A DNA stretch of 63,993 nt, the filler included, from Atractiella rhizophila (lineage: Eukaryota): the NCBI GenBank assembly GCA_021432655.1. It is 21 parts of 21 records of this genome, joined end to end, with 100 filler letters (N's around TTAATTAATTAA, not from the genome) between each part and the next. Parts side by side here need not be neighbours in the genome. Positions count along the whole stretch, not along the records: positions 46,378 to 49,294 come from MU272603.1; positions 49,395 to 52,304 come from MU272604.1; positions 52,405 to 55,310 come from MU272605.1; positions 55,411 to 58,303 come from MU272606.1; positions 58,404 to 61,291 come from MU272607.1; positions 61,392 to 63,993 come from MU272650.1; 15 more parts are not named here. One strand, 5' to 3'. Positions 48,903 through 61,590 of the stretch are shown here, in pieces; position 1 is the stretch's first letter, and every line of letters begins with the position of its first letter. The notes beneath the pieces are model-generated. The model searched no databases. It was not told where the DNA came from and saw only the letters and a program-made list of their open reading frames with translations. The position numbers and the translations under genes were made by a program.

Positions 48903-49394
48903 CATTTATGTTTAATTCCTGTTCTCCTGCCTTTTCGTTCTACTCTGCCGGAATGAGAGTCGTCAGTAAATTTGTCTCCTCCAGCCTAAAATCGTCCAGA
49001 ATGATGTCATCCCCTGTCACATTGGTGGTCAGACAATTCTCTAGTTTCAGGACGAGTAACGACTGTGCGCACCTGAAGTATTGAAGCGGATGAGTTCTTC
49101 CTTGCTTTCTGAGTATTTGTTCCAAAGTGGTTCCGCTGCCAATTTCGATCAATCCGTACAATCTTAGACACAGGTCGATCTAGGGACTCACAAGAAGGAG
49201 CATTAGGATTCTGCTCAGTGATAAAATAAATCCATCGATCCAGGAGCCTGTTTCTCACCGCCAACAGTTCAGGTGTTTGGCCAATTATTGAAGTNNNNNN
49301 NNNNNNNNNNNNNNNNNNNNNNNNNNNNNNNNNNNNNNTTAATTAATTAANNNNNNNNNNNNNNNNNNNNNNNNNNNNNNNNNNNNNNNNNNNN

Positions 49395-52304
49395 CATCCA
49401 CCGTCACCTCAACATCTGGAATCTCCAATTCATCCACGACCCAGTCCACCTCTTTCACACCCCGAGTTGAGCAAATGGTGCTTCGTTTCGGTCGGAAGGG
49501 GTCATCGAGGCCGTCTTCTGGAAGGTCTGGTATGGGATCAATTTCGTCATGCCGACGACGAACTGCCTCAAGTCGCATGTTGAAGATGGCAAAGATCTTG
49601 AGAACTTGTGGGTCGCGCTGCTGCTGAATATTATCACCAGCGGCTACACCTATTCGACTGAGTCTCCAGACCATGAGGCGTTGGAAATATCCTCGAACAC
49701 CGACGTTGAAGGACAGGAAAAGACGTTGGAACAGAGCTCTGTCCAAAAGCATCTTCTCACACAATTCTTCCCTGTCTTGCTTCCTCAAGGTCAACCTGGG
49801 CACACGGGTGAGATTATTCCTTCCAAGAACAACGGGGTAAGCTTACACCTCGAAGTGGGCGTAGAGAAACGCAATGGTGCGCATGAGGCAGACAGTATTG
49901 TCCGCTTCCATCAAAATGGTTTTGATAAAAGACAGAATAAATAGGATGTCGAACAGCTCAACGCTCTCTGGGACTGGCACCTGTGGGGGCGGAGGGTCAA
50001 CACCTTTGGGCAAGGGCACAAAACAGATTGTGTAGATGAGGCCCTCTATCCAGTCGAGTAGGAGGAAAACTCCACGAGTATCCCAGAGGCTAGTCCGCTT
50101 CACAACAGCTTTAATCCACACTTTCAGCATACCTCCAAAAAGTCTATGCCGATTGCGAGGATCAGTATTTTTATCCTCTTCTTCCGTTTCCTCATTTGTA
50201 GGCTGACCTCCAATGATGTCGAGAATAGTCGATACTAGACGACGGTTGGCTAGTTCGAGGACTTTCGGTTTTTGGCCCATAGTGAGATTGGCCGACTCGG
50301 TGGCGTTGACATTGTTGCTTGGACTGATTGACGTAACGGACCGAAGATTGCGTCGAATAAGGGCATCGACTTTATCCATGAGAGAAGCAGCGAGAAACAA
50401 GAACCCGGGAGCCCCGATGTACTCAGAAGGATGATCGACATCCATCTTGTCGTGGAAAACATCATCGGGATAGAGGTATCTCGCTAGTTGGCGATGGTAA
50501 GCACGAAGGAAGGCAAAAGGTAGGTCGGAATCAGAAGCTGTCCATCGTAACAGCCTGTCGGGTGAATCAATAGGAGAGAGATGATAGGGCAGACGCTAGC
50601 GTACCAATTCCCATTCATTTCCACCACGATATCTTCGTGTCTAATGAGGTATCCATCATCTTCTGGATCAGGATTATTTCTGTTCACATTAAATGTGCTG
50701 AAATAAGAATTGAAGTTGCGATAACATAACCTCCATAAATGTCGCGGAAAGAGCTCTGGCTCTACTGGTGGTAGGTCTGTTTCATCCAAACCAGCTTCAC
50801 CGAGTATACGCCGAAGGGAACCTCTTTTCACAGGAGGGAGTGCTCGGAGTAACTTCAAAGCCACTCCGTCGATACGAAAGAATGCAAGAGCTACAACACT
50901 CGTCAGCTGTGACGACAACGAGACTGTGACATACCAAAAAGTCGTCCAGCAAAGACTAGGGTATTTGCATACACAGCTAAGGATGCTTTATAAGTTACAG
51001 TAGGTCAAGGCAGGGAGCGGTTCACCTTTATCGTTCAACTTGTCAATCGCCCAAGCAATGAGTCTGACGATTATTGTCTTGAACCGTTCCTCTCCCATTT
51101 CATCCTCGTTCATGGTTGCGGCGCTAAGGTATCGACTGGGAAGACCTTTCAGCATCGTATAAAAAAATCGAAGACATTACCATTCTAGGATTCCGGCTGC
51201 AGCCTCTAGACAAGCCCCGCGATGGCTAGGTTGCACTTGCTGCAACTCTTGATGAAGCATATCTAGCCATCCAAACAGTATCTCTCGTTGACGTTTGGCC
51301 AGTCGTTCATCGGGCCGATAATTGAGCCGCAATTCTTCCTTCTTGATAAAAGGAAGTAAGGAATTAGAGACGACACTACCACGTTCATTGCTTCCTTGCT
51401 TAGCAAAATTGCTCATTGCTTCTTCGATATCCAACCAAGCCGAAGACATCGATCCATCGGATCCGAGACCTGAATCAGCAGTCCTGGTTCTTTTCTTCCG
51501 ATCCAGAACTTGAGCCGGCGTCACATCAGACCCGGAGCCAGAGCTGCGAATGGAGTTGGTGGTAATGGCGCGCTCACGTTGAATTAGAACTGGAGAGACC
51601 GAAGCTCGCACGGCTGATAGAGGAGCAATAGAGGGCACAGGGGAAGGTGTCACTCGGTCCACACGTGCTGCGACAAAGACGGTTGCTCCCTCGTCATCTA
51701 GGGAGGTCCGTCCTGGATCTGAGCCATCGGAAGATGTGGCGGATGAAGCAAGCGAAGGGCGCCTGTTTGTGACTACGGAGCGTTCCTAACAAAACAGATT
51801 CAGCACGATCCAATCTGGGATGAACAAACACACTTGCTGAGACTCTCTCATTTGACGTTCAAGTCCGAGAGAGTTTTTTCTCACCGCTTTCACAGCCTTA
51901 CTGCCTGCTTTCCCGATAGACGAAACCACGCTTGCTGCACTGGTCTTGATTTCTCGCAACGGGGGTCTTTCCTTGTCTTCAGCGGCAACCCCTGATTCCA
52001 AGTTCGTCGAGGACTTCGAAAATGCCTTCTTCCCCATCGGAAACTGACTTAGATGGTCTGGAGTTTTAGGGCGAGGTGGCATCGCTTCCGGTTGGCTCGA
52101 ATTTGTAGCATTAGCAGCAGCGGCAGCTGCAGCAACGGCGGCATTCTTCAGGCCACCCAGAACGTTCTCACTCTTTTTTCGCATCCTCGAGAGTCCTCTC
52201 TTCAAGCCACCGCGTTCTTTCCCCTTGTCCTCATCCTCTCGATCGCCTTGATCATGTATGGGGGTAGGAGTAGGCGGAAGAGACTTGTTGAGACTTAGAC
52301 CGGC
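49395..52304 (-). CDS. DUF1765 (UPF0592)-like fungal protein, spliced, partial at both ends
   Basis: HRGACLEA, AFFRIDGVALKLL, FLYAHF and FQRLFLSFNVGVRGYFQRLMVWR, with a long Ser-rich N-terminus. Confidence 0.7.
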
Positions 52305-52404
52305 NNNNNNNNNNNNNNNNNNNNNNNNNNNNNNNNNNNNNNNNNNNNTTAATTAATTAANNNNNNNNNNNNNNNNNNNNNNNNNNNNNNNNNNNNNNNN
52401 NNNN

Positions 52405-53038
52405 GGCCTGAGACAAACATCAGGAAGTTTGTAAGCTCTACTACGAGTCAGCTGCCGTAGGTGGTGTAGAGAGGATACGCACAAGTCAGCGGGGAGCCGG
52501 TAGAATCCTTGCAAAGTCCCATGGGTTGGCGGAGTAGCCGCGAATGCAATATGGGGGCAAAGCTCGTACTTCCCCTTCTTGCAATCCGAGCAGACGCGAC
52601 AGGTTTGCCCAGGTTCCAGCGCCACTCTATCCCCAGCTTTCAGGTGCTTCACTCCTTTTCCGACTATTTCAGAGTTCTCAATGGACAACCCCTTGAATTG
52701 AGAGGACCGAACCTCCCACCACAACAGCAGATGTTTCATGCCCTAATATCATTGGAGCCTTAACGACAAGATGAGCAATTCTCCCATGTTGGAGAAAATG
52801 GACGTCTGAGCCGCAGATCCCGGTCTGATTGGAAACGACATTGAGATTCGACCGAGATGTAAGTGAAAGTGACCACCTTTCGAGGAGATACGAGAGCCTC
52901 ATCATCAGCTAGATCAGATGCTTGCACCATCGGCATCTCTTCGAATTCGACATCCTTCACTCCTCTCAGCACGAATCCGACATTTTTCTGAGGAATCGTG
53001 AGATTATCTGGTGAAAGCTCAGCTCCTAGGCCGCCCAT
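52405..53038 (-). CDS. Xylitol/sorbitol dehydrogenase (Zn-dependent MDR), 5' part, spliced
   Basis: TGICGSDVH, LGHETS, GDRVALEPG, CxxCxxCxxGxYxLC and FAATPP. Confidence 0.93.
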
Positions 53039-55684
53039 TTTGTATCTTCGCAAGTGGATAATCTGAGGGATGTTGGGTGGATTTGTTGGCCCTAAGCCTT
53101 TAAAATGCAACTGTGTTCGGGCTATGACAGGTTGTGGGGAAGAGTGGGGATATGGACACTGCTGATGGCGAGAAGCAAGACACGGCGCAATAGGAGGGAG
53201 ATATCCAGGGTTATATTAGCAATAGTATCTGCGGAGAGAAACTTATCATAGTTTCCTACAGGACACCACAATATCGTTGTTGTCTCAAGTGAATCACGTG
53301 CTGTCCAGGGAAGGAGCAAGAACCGTGGCTTCTCTTACCCAAATAATTCTTCTGCGGTTCCCAGTAACGCGCCGAGGGTATGAGATACTGGAAGATATTT
53401 TTGCAGCGGTGGAAAAGATCGCAAAGAAAGGCGCACCTTTCCCCCTTTCCCAGCCAACCAAGGCAACCTAGTTCGGGCGGATAGACGATCATGTCCTGGA
53501 GATATCATGTGCTCGAGGCAAGAGATGAAAGTGTGAGGGAACGAACAAAGAGGACCTTGATTGGACCAGCAGCCTCGCCTCTCGTCATACCTGTTTTGCA
53601 GTTTCCTGTAGACTTCATGAGCGTGCGTGCATTCTAACTGCGAAACCAACCTGAATTATGAGCGTTATGCTTTGTCCCTTACCTTGGGGAACCGAGGTAA
53701 GTTGAGAGAGGATGAGAGCCCTCATACAGTACAGAACTCAGTCTTTTTGCAATGTAGAATAGAATACCGCACCTATTTACTCTGGCAATAGAGTATCTGC
53801 GGCATCATGGCTCTTCTCGCTGGTCCGTCATTGACGGTATTATAATCAACCATCTTTTCCCCGTTTTGTAATGTGGAAGGGAGGCTAGTGAGACAATGGG
53901 CGACTTCGGGGTGCGAGACATGGAGCCCAGGTACATTCACCCCAAAGGTCAGATCCTAATCTGCGCGGCGAGCTGCTCAATTGCAAGCCGCCAGATTCCA
54001 CTGCGTAAGAAAGAGTCAGTGATACGAACAACAAACAGAAATACGAACGCATTATTGATCAGGACATCGAGTTTATGCTCCGTACTGTCAGATTCAGAGT
54101 TGTGGAAGAACTTCAAGAGTAAAGTTGGCGCACATCAGAAATGTTTGGGCAGCGCGTTGTAGCATCCTCAAATCGCACATTTCCATCTCCAAATATTTTT
54201 ACTTGTCTCTTGGGTCAAGTGATCTCTTTCCTCAGGTTCTCAAAAGTTGTTTCAGTCTGCCTGCGCAGATGTAAACAGTCGCATGTTTTTCAAGATGTTT
54301 CGCTGTTAAGCACCTATATTCTGTCTGGGACATTAAAAAAGGGACTAGAGAATGGTGAAGGAATTTGACGAACCTGATGTCCCGCCTGTAATGAGAAATA
54401 ACTTGCCAGTTTCGTCTGGCATTTCAGACGCGGACACTTTGGTTTTGGCGGTAATAGTTCTCGTAATACTCCAATCTTAGTTTAGAGAGAGTCCTATTTG
54501 AATCAACTAGGGGATAGCAGACTTGCTTGGTCCACTATCCTCTTCTTATAGTGTAGCTCAGCAATAAGACGCTCGGGGTCGCTATCAGATTCACCGGAAC
54601 ATTCATAGTCGAATAGGCAGTCGCATAATGATATCGGTACGATTGACCAAAGCTGACGAGAATCAAGAGCACTTTCGAACAAATATGATGTAAACGTTGA
54701 TAGGTGTGCTGCGTCCTCACAATCATGAGACAGTGAAGTTCCTTTGGCTCAAGAAACTGTTGCAGAAGTGTCGTAGTTGACGAGGAGAAGAGAACAAATA
54801 TGCGAAATTGTTATTTAAAGCGAACTTTGGAATGTTCACCTCCAAATCGCAGCGCAACAAACAGTGTCATTATAAGTGGCATCCTAGTAGTGTTCGTTGA
54901 CAGTATACCTGGAAGTCCTTTTGAGGGAAAACCCATTTGCACCATTAACGGATTACTCAATCTTCGCCGTTATGCGTCGAGGAGAGACCTGAAGGCAGAT
55001 GGAAATGCGAGCCAACTCATGTCAAATGTAAGAATTGGAAGAAAAAAGTCGCTGTTCAGGCGCTCATTCGTGTAATCGTAATGTCATAGACAGGGGCATT
55101 GGGATTCTAAGAACTAACTCCAAGGCACCACAGTCCATTGCGGTTGACGGACTGGAACCTTTATAGAGGAGGAAAAGAATATGCTCTCCCCGTCACTTGA
55201 ATTTGATACCTCCTGCAGTCTGCGATGGAAGAGGAGATTCTTTCCTTCCTCTGGTATCCCTTCGCACTTTTAGAAACATATTGATTGAAACATTCAGATT
55301 GCTTGGTCTCNNNNNNNNNNNNNNNNNNNNNNNNNNNNNNNNNNNNNNNNNNNNTTAATTAATTAANNNNNNNNNNNNNNNNNNNNNNNNNNNNNNNNNN
55401 NNNNNNNNNNCCACCCAAGCAGAACTCCCGTGCAAGTCTGCGCTCGTTTGGGAAACGTTGGACGTTGGACGAATTCAGTCTCTTTCACCTATAACTCGTT
55501 GTTGCTACCATGACTGAGGACAACCTTGTCTGACACCGACGAAGATTTTCGTGTCGAGTTCTCCTTGCCATCTCACTTCTCCAATGCTATACTGAAAGAT
55601 ATAAAAGTCTGTGGGCTTTCACTACTCTCTCCTCAGCGATCCAGTTACATTAGCAATAGGAAATCAGCAACTATAAACGAAAAA

Positions 55685-56121
55685 ATGCAGCTCAGCACTC
55701 TCGTCTCCGCCATATTTCTCCTCTACCCGGCTCTCTCTCAAGCAAAATTCGAAGTGGTATTCTGGTCCAACCTCTGCTCTGCTGGCACTGGAACTGGAAC
55801 TTATTTGGGAACCGTCAATTTGGAAGCTGGTATGTTGTCGCTTTCCAGCACCAAGTACAATGATTGACCAAGCGTATGTAGTCGGTTGCTCCCCCGTACC
55901 AGCTGGTGCTCACCAAGGCCAACCATTTACTGAAAATGTTCAGAAATGTGTGGTGGTCTACCCTAACGGTAATTGTGGATCCGGCGCTGAGACGGTTCAA
56001 GTTAAGTCGGGACAATGCTTCAACTTGAATGCTGCCACTATCGGTAGCTCTTCAATCAAGGTGAGCTCACGCCGTCTATTTCTTGTTGAAATGAACTCAT
56101 TCAGATCCATAGCAATGCTAA
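55685..56121 (+). CDS. Small secreted cysteine-rich protein (~113 aa, 6 Cys)
   Basis: Signal peptide MQLSTLVSAIFLLYPALSQA. Exons 55685-55829, 55873-56060 and 56113-56121 join in frame and end in KQC*. TATAAA-like motifs lie upstream at about 55600 and 55672. Confidence 0.75.
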
Positions 56122-56722
56122 ACACACCACATCTCAATTGGACCCGATGAGTTTTTTAGTGGAGAACCGTTCTTTTGTACCTCCTCGATCATTTAAGCTT
56201 GTGATCTACGCAATTTCATCTTGGACGTCCTCTATCTTATGCTTACCCATCAGCGATAAGATCTGGTCATGCCACAGAGTACACCTCAGGAATGCCATGG
56301 TCTATCGTGTGAACAGAGCTCGCATTCAGAGCTCAGAGTGCAGAATGCAAGCAACTATGCTAGTGCGCTGTGTTAACACCACAAGGCTCGTTATGGCAAG
56401 CGCTGGATTGCCAGAATTCTTTGCACGTCGCCTTCTACTATGATCATGCGAATTCCGCCTCCACAACTATCCATCCCCATAGGAAACCCATAAAAAAGAC
56501 ACACCACGACGCTGCAAATCAACTGACAGTCTAACAACTCCTTCATATATATGGACTCCGACATACATATCATATAATCAGCAAGTTGATCACAGTTGAG
56601 CCAATCCATTGCAGATATTCGCCCTGTGAGAAATAACTTCCAAGAAAGGAAATCCCGACATTTGACAACACGACACAGAGAGTTGACAAACTTAACCTGA
56701 GCTCCTTACCACCTCAACGACG

Positions 56723-57974
56723 ATGATAATCCGGCGTCTCCTTCACACCCGCGTGCCTCTGCCCTATTCAACCGCGGGTGGACTCCCTCCATTTCTCTCC
56801 AGTCATGCGCTGAAACATATTGGTGAAGTCTGGCAGGAGGACATGATGAGGAAGCTCAATGACCAAGTTCAAGGTACGTATCCTGCCCTGCTTATATGAT
56901 TTTATAATTTTTTTTTCTTGTCTTCTTACTTGCATCAAGCCGTCATTGTAATGTTCGTGAAATGCGTCTCAGAGCTCTTGCTGTAAAAAAGCCCTTTCGT
57001 TACTGAACGGTTGTGAGCGGAGCAATAATTTGGCAACAAATATCTTACACCTCAGCCTCCCAGAAGCAATAATCCTATTCGGGGTACTCTGGTTGATGCG
57101 CTTCTGCATACGTTCTAAAATATTGCGACACGGTTTATTCCTATGCGCACACGTCTACAGTTTATATGTTTGTGCTGGATGGAGAGGTCATTAGATGAGC
57201 ATGGAAGGTAATCAGGGGTTGAGCAGAATTTTCATTGCCGATTTTACAGCTTTTGACTTTGTCGCACTCATGGCAGTTTTCTTTCCTTCTGGATTTCAAC
57301 TGAGCCATTCTTCAACGCAGGGACAGAGAACTCTACGAAATCTCTCCTCCAAACCGTACTCTCTACTTCTCTCTCGCCCTCCACCTCCTTAACATATAGT
57401 TACTCCTCCCTCCTCCTTTCCAACCACCTCTTCTTGTCCTCCCTCTCTCCCACTCCCACCACCCTCTCTCCCAGCTCTCCTCTCCTCGCCGGTCTCGAAA
57501 AGACATACGGGTCGTTCAAAAACTTTGAAGACGTCTGGCAACAGACTGCCCTGAACACTTACGTCGCTGGGCACCTCTGGTTGGTCTACTATGCTCCTCA
57601 AGAGAAGCTAGAGATCAAGTGGACGGCGGGGAGCGGGACGGTTGTCGTACCAGGAGGGAAGAGGGAGATGAACTTTCAAACCGCTGTACGTCCATTGCTC
57701 CCTTCCTCCTTCCCATCTCCTCTCACCTCGTACCGCTGGCATTAACGCTTATTGTTTTGAATAGCCGTCGAATGGAAATCGGCAGCTATTCCCTCTCCTT
57801 TGTCTCGGGCTGTGGGAGAGAAACTGGGTGTGGGATTATGGAGTCGGATTGGAAGCGAAGGAGGAGTATGTGAAGAGACACTTGGGGGCTGTGGATTGGA
57901 AGAAGGTGGAAGGGAAGTTTGAGGAGATTAGAAGGGGAGTGGTCAAGCCCAGGGAAGCTGGGGAGACAAAGTAG
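56723..57974 (+). CDS. SOD-fold mitochondrial small-subunit ribosomal protein (mS42/mS43, Rsm26/Mrp1-like), spliced
   Basis: Presequence MIIRRLLH, then LPY...GLPPFLS...WQ...LN, YGSFKNF...GHLWLV and PLLCLGLWERNWVWDYG...VDW. This is an Fe/Mn-SOD fold without the DxWEHAY metal ligands. Introns at 56874-57320 and about 57686-57764. Confidence 0.75.
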
Positions 57975-58403
57975 AATTCTACCTTCACATGCATAATATA
58001 ATCTTTCTAATCCGAGTACCGACGGGAAGTATCATTCGTGATTCCATATGCACCCAGTTCTTCGCTTGTTGGGTCAGGTTAGAAACTCTTGCAGTGTAAT
58101 TCTAGATAATGGAAGTTTCGACAATATTAATTGCAGGAAGCAGTGTGCAAGCCCCCAGATGGTACGTATAAGCTCTAAACTACCGACAGGAATGGTATTA
58201 TGATAAAGGAGGGAACAAGGGGATAAAATTTCTATCAGCTCGAATGGTTCGAGAGAGTAGGAGTATACAACGCTTCCGATGAAGCTCGCCCAAAATCGAT
58301 AAGNNNNNNNNNNNNNNNNNNNNNNNNNNNNNNNNNNNNNNNNNNNNTTAATTAATTAANNNNNNNNNNNNNNNNNNNNNNNNNNNNNNNNNNNNNNNNN
58401 NNN

Positions 58404-59049
58404 ACATCTCCCCTTGAGGTCGTTCAAGCTCGTGACCTCCGCAGGAGGAATTGATGCTTCTGGTGATGCAGAAGTGGCATCGAGAAATTCTGGACTAAAG
58501 AAGTCTCCCGTAATGAACTTGATAGGGCAGGTGCCATGGTCGTTAAACAACTCGTGGCCGAGCTGTATGAATTCAGGTCGAAGGTCGGAACCGACTACTT
58601 GAGAGGAAGGCCATCCATCCGAGACAGCCTTACGAATGTCTGTACCGAAACAACAGGCTGTTTCCAGCTCAGCTGATTTTGAAGTAGAAGAAATCCCAAA
58701 GGATGTTGCAGCTCACCTTGGTCGAGGAAGATGGCGTTTTCTCGATCCTTCAGTGCTAACGTCCTCAAATATAGGGGATGATTGGAAGCTCGGAAGGAAA
58801 GGAAGTTGTAGGAGCTGATGCCTTGCTCCCTGTTCATGAATATTGTACTCCCTGATTGTAGGATAAAGATTTACAGGGGTAAGGAAATGTTAAGTACCCT
58901 TTATCCCTAATTTGTGAGACATGTAATTCAAGAGCGTCGTCCTCTGTGATTCTGGTCGCGCTTTTGAAGAACGCTCGCTGGTCTTCATTCAACACCAATG
59001 GGTCGATGAGGTCCTCCTTTGTTCCAGACTTTCTCTCGTTCTCCTTCAT
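58404..59049 (-). CDS. Class I SAM-dependent methyltransferase (fungal AusD-like family), 5' part, spliced
   Basis: FPYPC|I, HPLY, FLDQG|xCFGTDIRK...DG...GSDL...GHELF...GDFF. Confidence 0.82.
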
Positions 59050-61391
59050 CCTTCAGAACTTTTGTGTTGAGCTTCATTAACACTTTGCACCTTGAGACCA
59101 CGAAATGGCAAATTTATATAACAACGGCGACGCATAACGCTGCCGATGTTCGCAAAGATAGCGCAGTGGCACTAGAGGATTCTCACGAAGAGGATACATC
59201 GGCAGGCTATTCCGGGATCGATGCCGCACCCATCCATTGAAACAGTGCATATCTACCGAAACGAAAGCAACGGTGGGCAGTTGGAAATTGGGATATCTTT
59301 TTCACAGCGTTGATCGTTGATCATTGCGACTCTCGAAAAAGTAGTCTTTCCGATTCTTTTCACTCTCAGTCAGACAATTTCAAGCGCGGACAAGCAATCA
59401 TCAACATATTCAATCTCGCCCAGCAAGGCAAGTATACACACTTGATGATGCATTCATCAACATCCTTTCCCAGGACCGGCGACACTTGCTGGAACGGAAG
59501 AGCATTCACTGCATGGCAGGGACAATCTGAGAGCGGGGAAGCAGACAATAGATGATGGTCTCAATACCTCCTTCAACAGATTTGAGCATTTCTAGCGGAA
59601 CTTCTGTCCACTCCTCAGCTTCCAACGGTCGATCTTCATGGACCAGATGGACCGCTGTTGCTCGTTTGACAGGCGCAAATATCCTTTGCCACATCCTTGC
59701 GACGCCATTTCTCGATGGGGAAAGTTCTCCTCCATCTCGATCGTATGTATTACCATTTTTGCCAAAATTTTTACCAGCTTTTGCTGATGTATTCTATCTC
59801 GACCGCTTTGCACCTTGGCTATGCTTGACAATGGTGCCAGTGAATGATAACATTCTTCGAATTTCCGTGACACGCAAACACAATATGAGATCACGTGTCT
59901 GACTACTAGTACTTCGCTCTGACAAGTCGCGAAGAAACGAGTGAATGGCAGGGAAAGAAGAACGAAGAGATGCCACCAATCCTGCACCAAAGTCTGCACT
60001 ACTCCAGATTTGGCATCTAGAATCGGGACCGTGTTCAAGTGTTCGAGGTTTCCTTTCCCACGCCCATGCATTGATGCATTGCAGTCCACCACATGAGAGC
60101 ACGCCGCGCGCATTGGGATCAATGAACGTCCTCGCTCGTATTCGCTCATACACGCAAAAGAGCGTGGGTGAAAAGGACGGAAGAAGTAAGGCTAATAGGC
60201 GACTTCTCGTGCATTCAACAACGAGCAACATATTGGCGGCATCCATTACCACAATACCCGCTCCGCAACAGGAACTGATGAACACGTAGCTCACTCGTCC
60301 TCGAAGCGAGCAGCGCTCCCCCTTGTCTCCATTGCGACGCGCAAATCCTGAAGCTGTGAACGAAGTAATGGCATAGGGTAAGAGAAAGCAGCGTGAATAC
60401 GAGCCAGCCTGCGCTGAGAATGAGGTTGAAATCGAGGGCGGCCGCCGAACAAGTTCCAAAGATCTTAACACTCAAAACAAACAGACCACGAGAGGACGAA
60501 CTGACAGTGCAATCTGCCACATAGCTTCGATACTAATACCAGAAACCCTCCTCAAACAGTCTGCACGTACCCTTAATATAGTTCATAGGATTTGTAAAAT
60601 GAAAACGTAATGAAACACCACAAATCTGTAATACGTCCCAAGCTCCAAAACCCCCAAAGAAGGGATAAATGGGCGTGAACATCTCTTGAATACTTGAGGG
60701 CAACTGCCTAGTTCGCTGTAGCTCGGCAGCTAGCTTGGGATTGACGGAGTGACAAGGTTTGTTGGCAAAAACAAAGCAAAAGATTGTTCGTTGTTTGAAC
60801 AGGCGAAATCAGTCGAAACAATGCCATTTTCGAGCGCGCTGTGTGCAAACGCTCTCAATAACGGAAGGAAAGAAGAAAGAAAGAGGCTCCCGACAAGGCC
60901 TTGTCAGGCAGTAGAATTTCGGATTTGTAAGACTTGAACCAGCTTAGGCGGAGACTGCCTTCCCAGGTCGATTTACTCTCTACTTCAAATCACTTGGACT
61001 CAGAGAGCTGCACGGTATGCGTGTGGAGGTCAGCGGCTCCACCGTTTCTGCGGGTAACAAGAAGAAACCAGAAGCTTGATCCCTTCTAGTTCCTCTCCAG
61101 TTCCTCTTTCCCAAATTATCAGAGCAAAGAAACACGTAGTTTATTGACTTGACGATAGGTGGATATACCTCTCACCCACCACCCACGCAGACAATAGACG
61201 AGATTCAATATGGACATCCCTCGCTGTCCCCTCGGCACGCATTGAATACCATCACTGACTTGGGATTGGGAATTTCCCGCATTCAGAGAACNNNNNNNNN
61301 NNNNNNNNNNNNNNNNNNNNNNNNNNNNNNNNNNNTTAATTAATTAANNNNNNNNNNNNNNNNNNNNNNNNNNNNNNNNNNNNNNNNNNNN

Positions 61392-61520
61392 CCTGCACAG
61401 CACATGTTGTCATCAGTGTGATCCACAACGTGCTTGCATTTTGCCCATAGGCCTGGCCTAGAGACCTTGCTCCTGCAATACAGCTCTCATCCCTTTTGGG
61501 ACTCCTTGTACATCCATCAT
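61392..61520 (-). mobile_element. Degenerate Tc1/IS630-like transposase fragment
   Basis: GVPKGMRAVLQEQGL* followed, after a frameshift, by PGLWAKCK...NMCCA. This resembles the KGMxxVLxERGL...CC motif of fungal Tc1-like transposases. Confidence 0.5.
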
Positions 61521-61590
61521 TGGTTGAGGTACCTTTATACCATCCTTAGACCATCAATGTGGTATTTACACAAGAGGTAAGAGTACATAC

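Noticed and set aside
53100..55310. Short ORFs upstream of the polyol dehydrogenase gene
   Set aside because: No motifs were recognised, and the region is most simply intergenic or promoter DNA.
56723..57974. Active Mn/Fe superoxide dismutase
   Set aside because: The metal-ligand motif DxWEHAY reads GLWERNW and the N-terminal His ligands are absent.
59310..61291. Many overlapping 60-225-aa ORFs on both strands
   Set aside because: No recognisable motif or consistent splice pattern, so no gene call can be supported.
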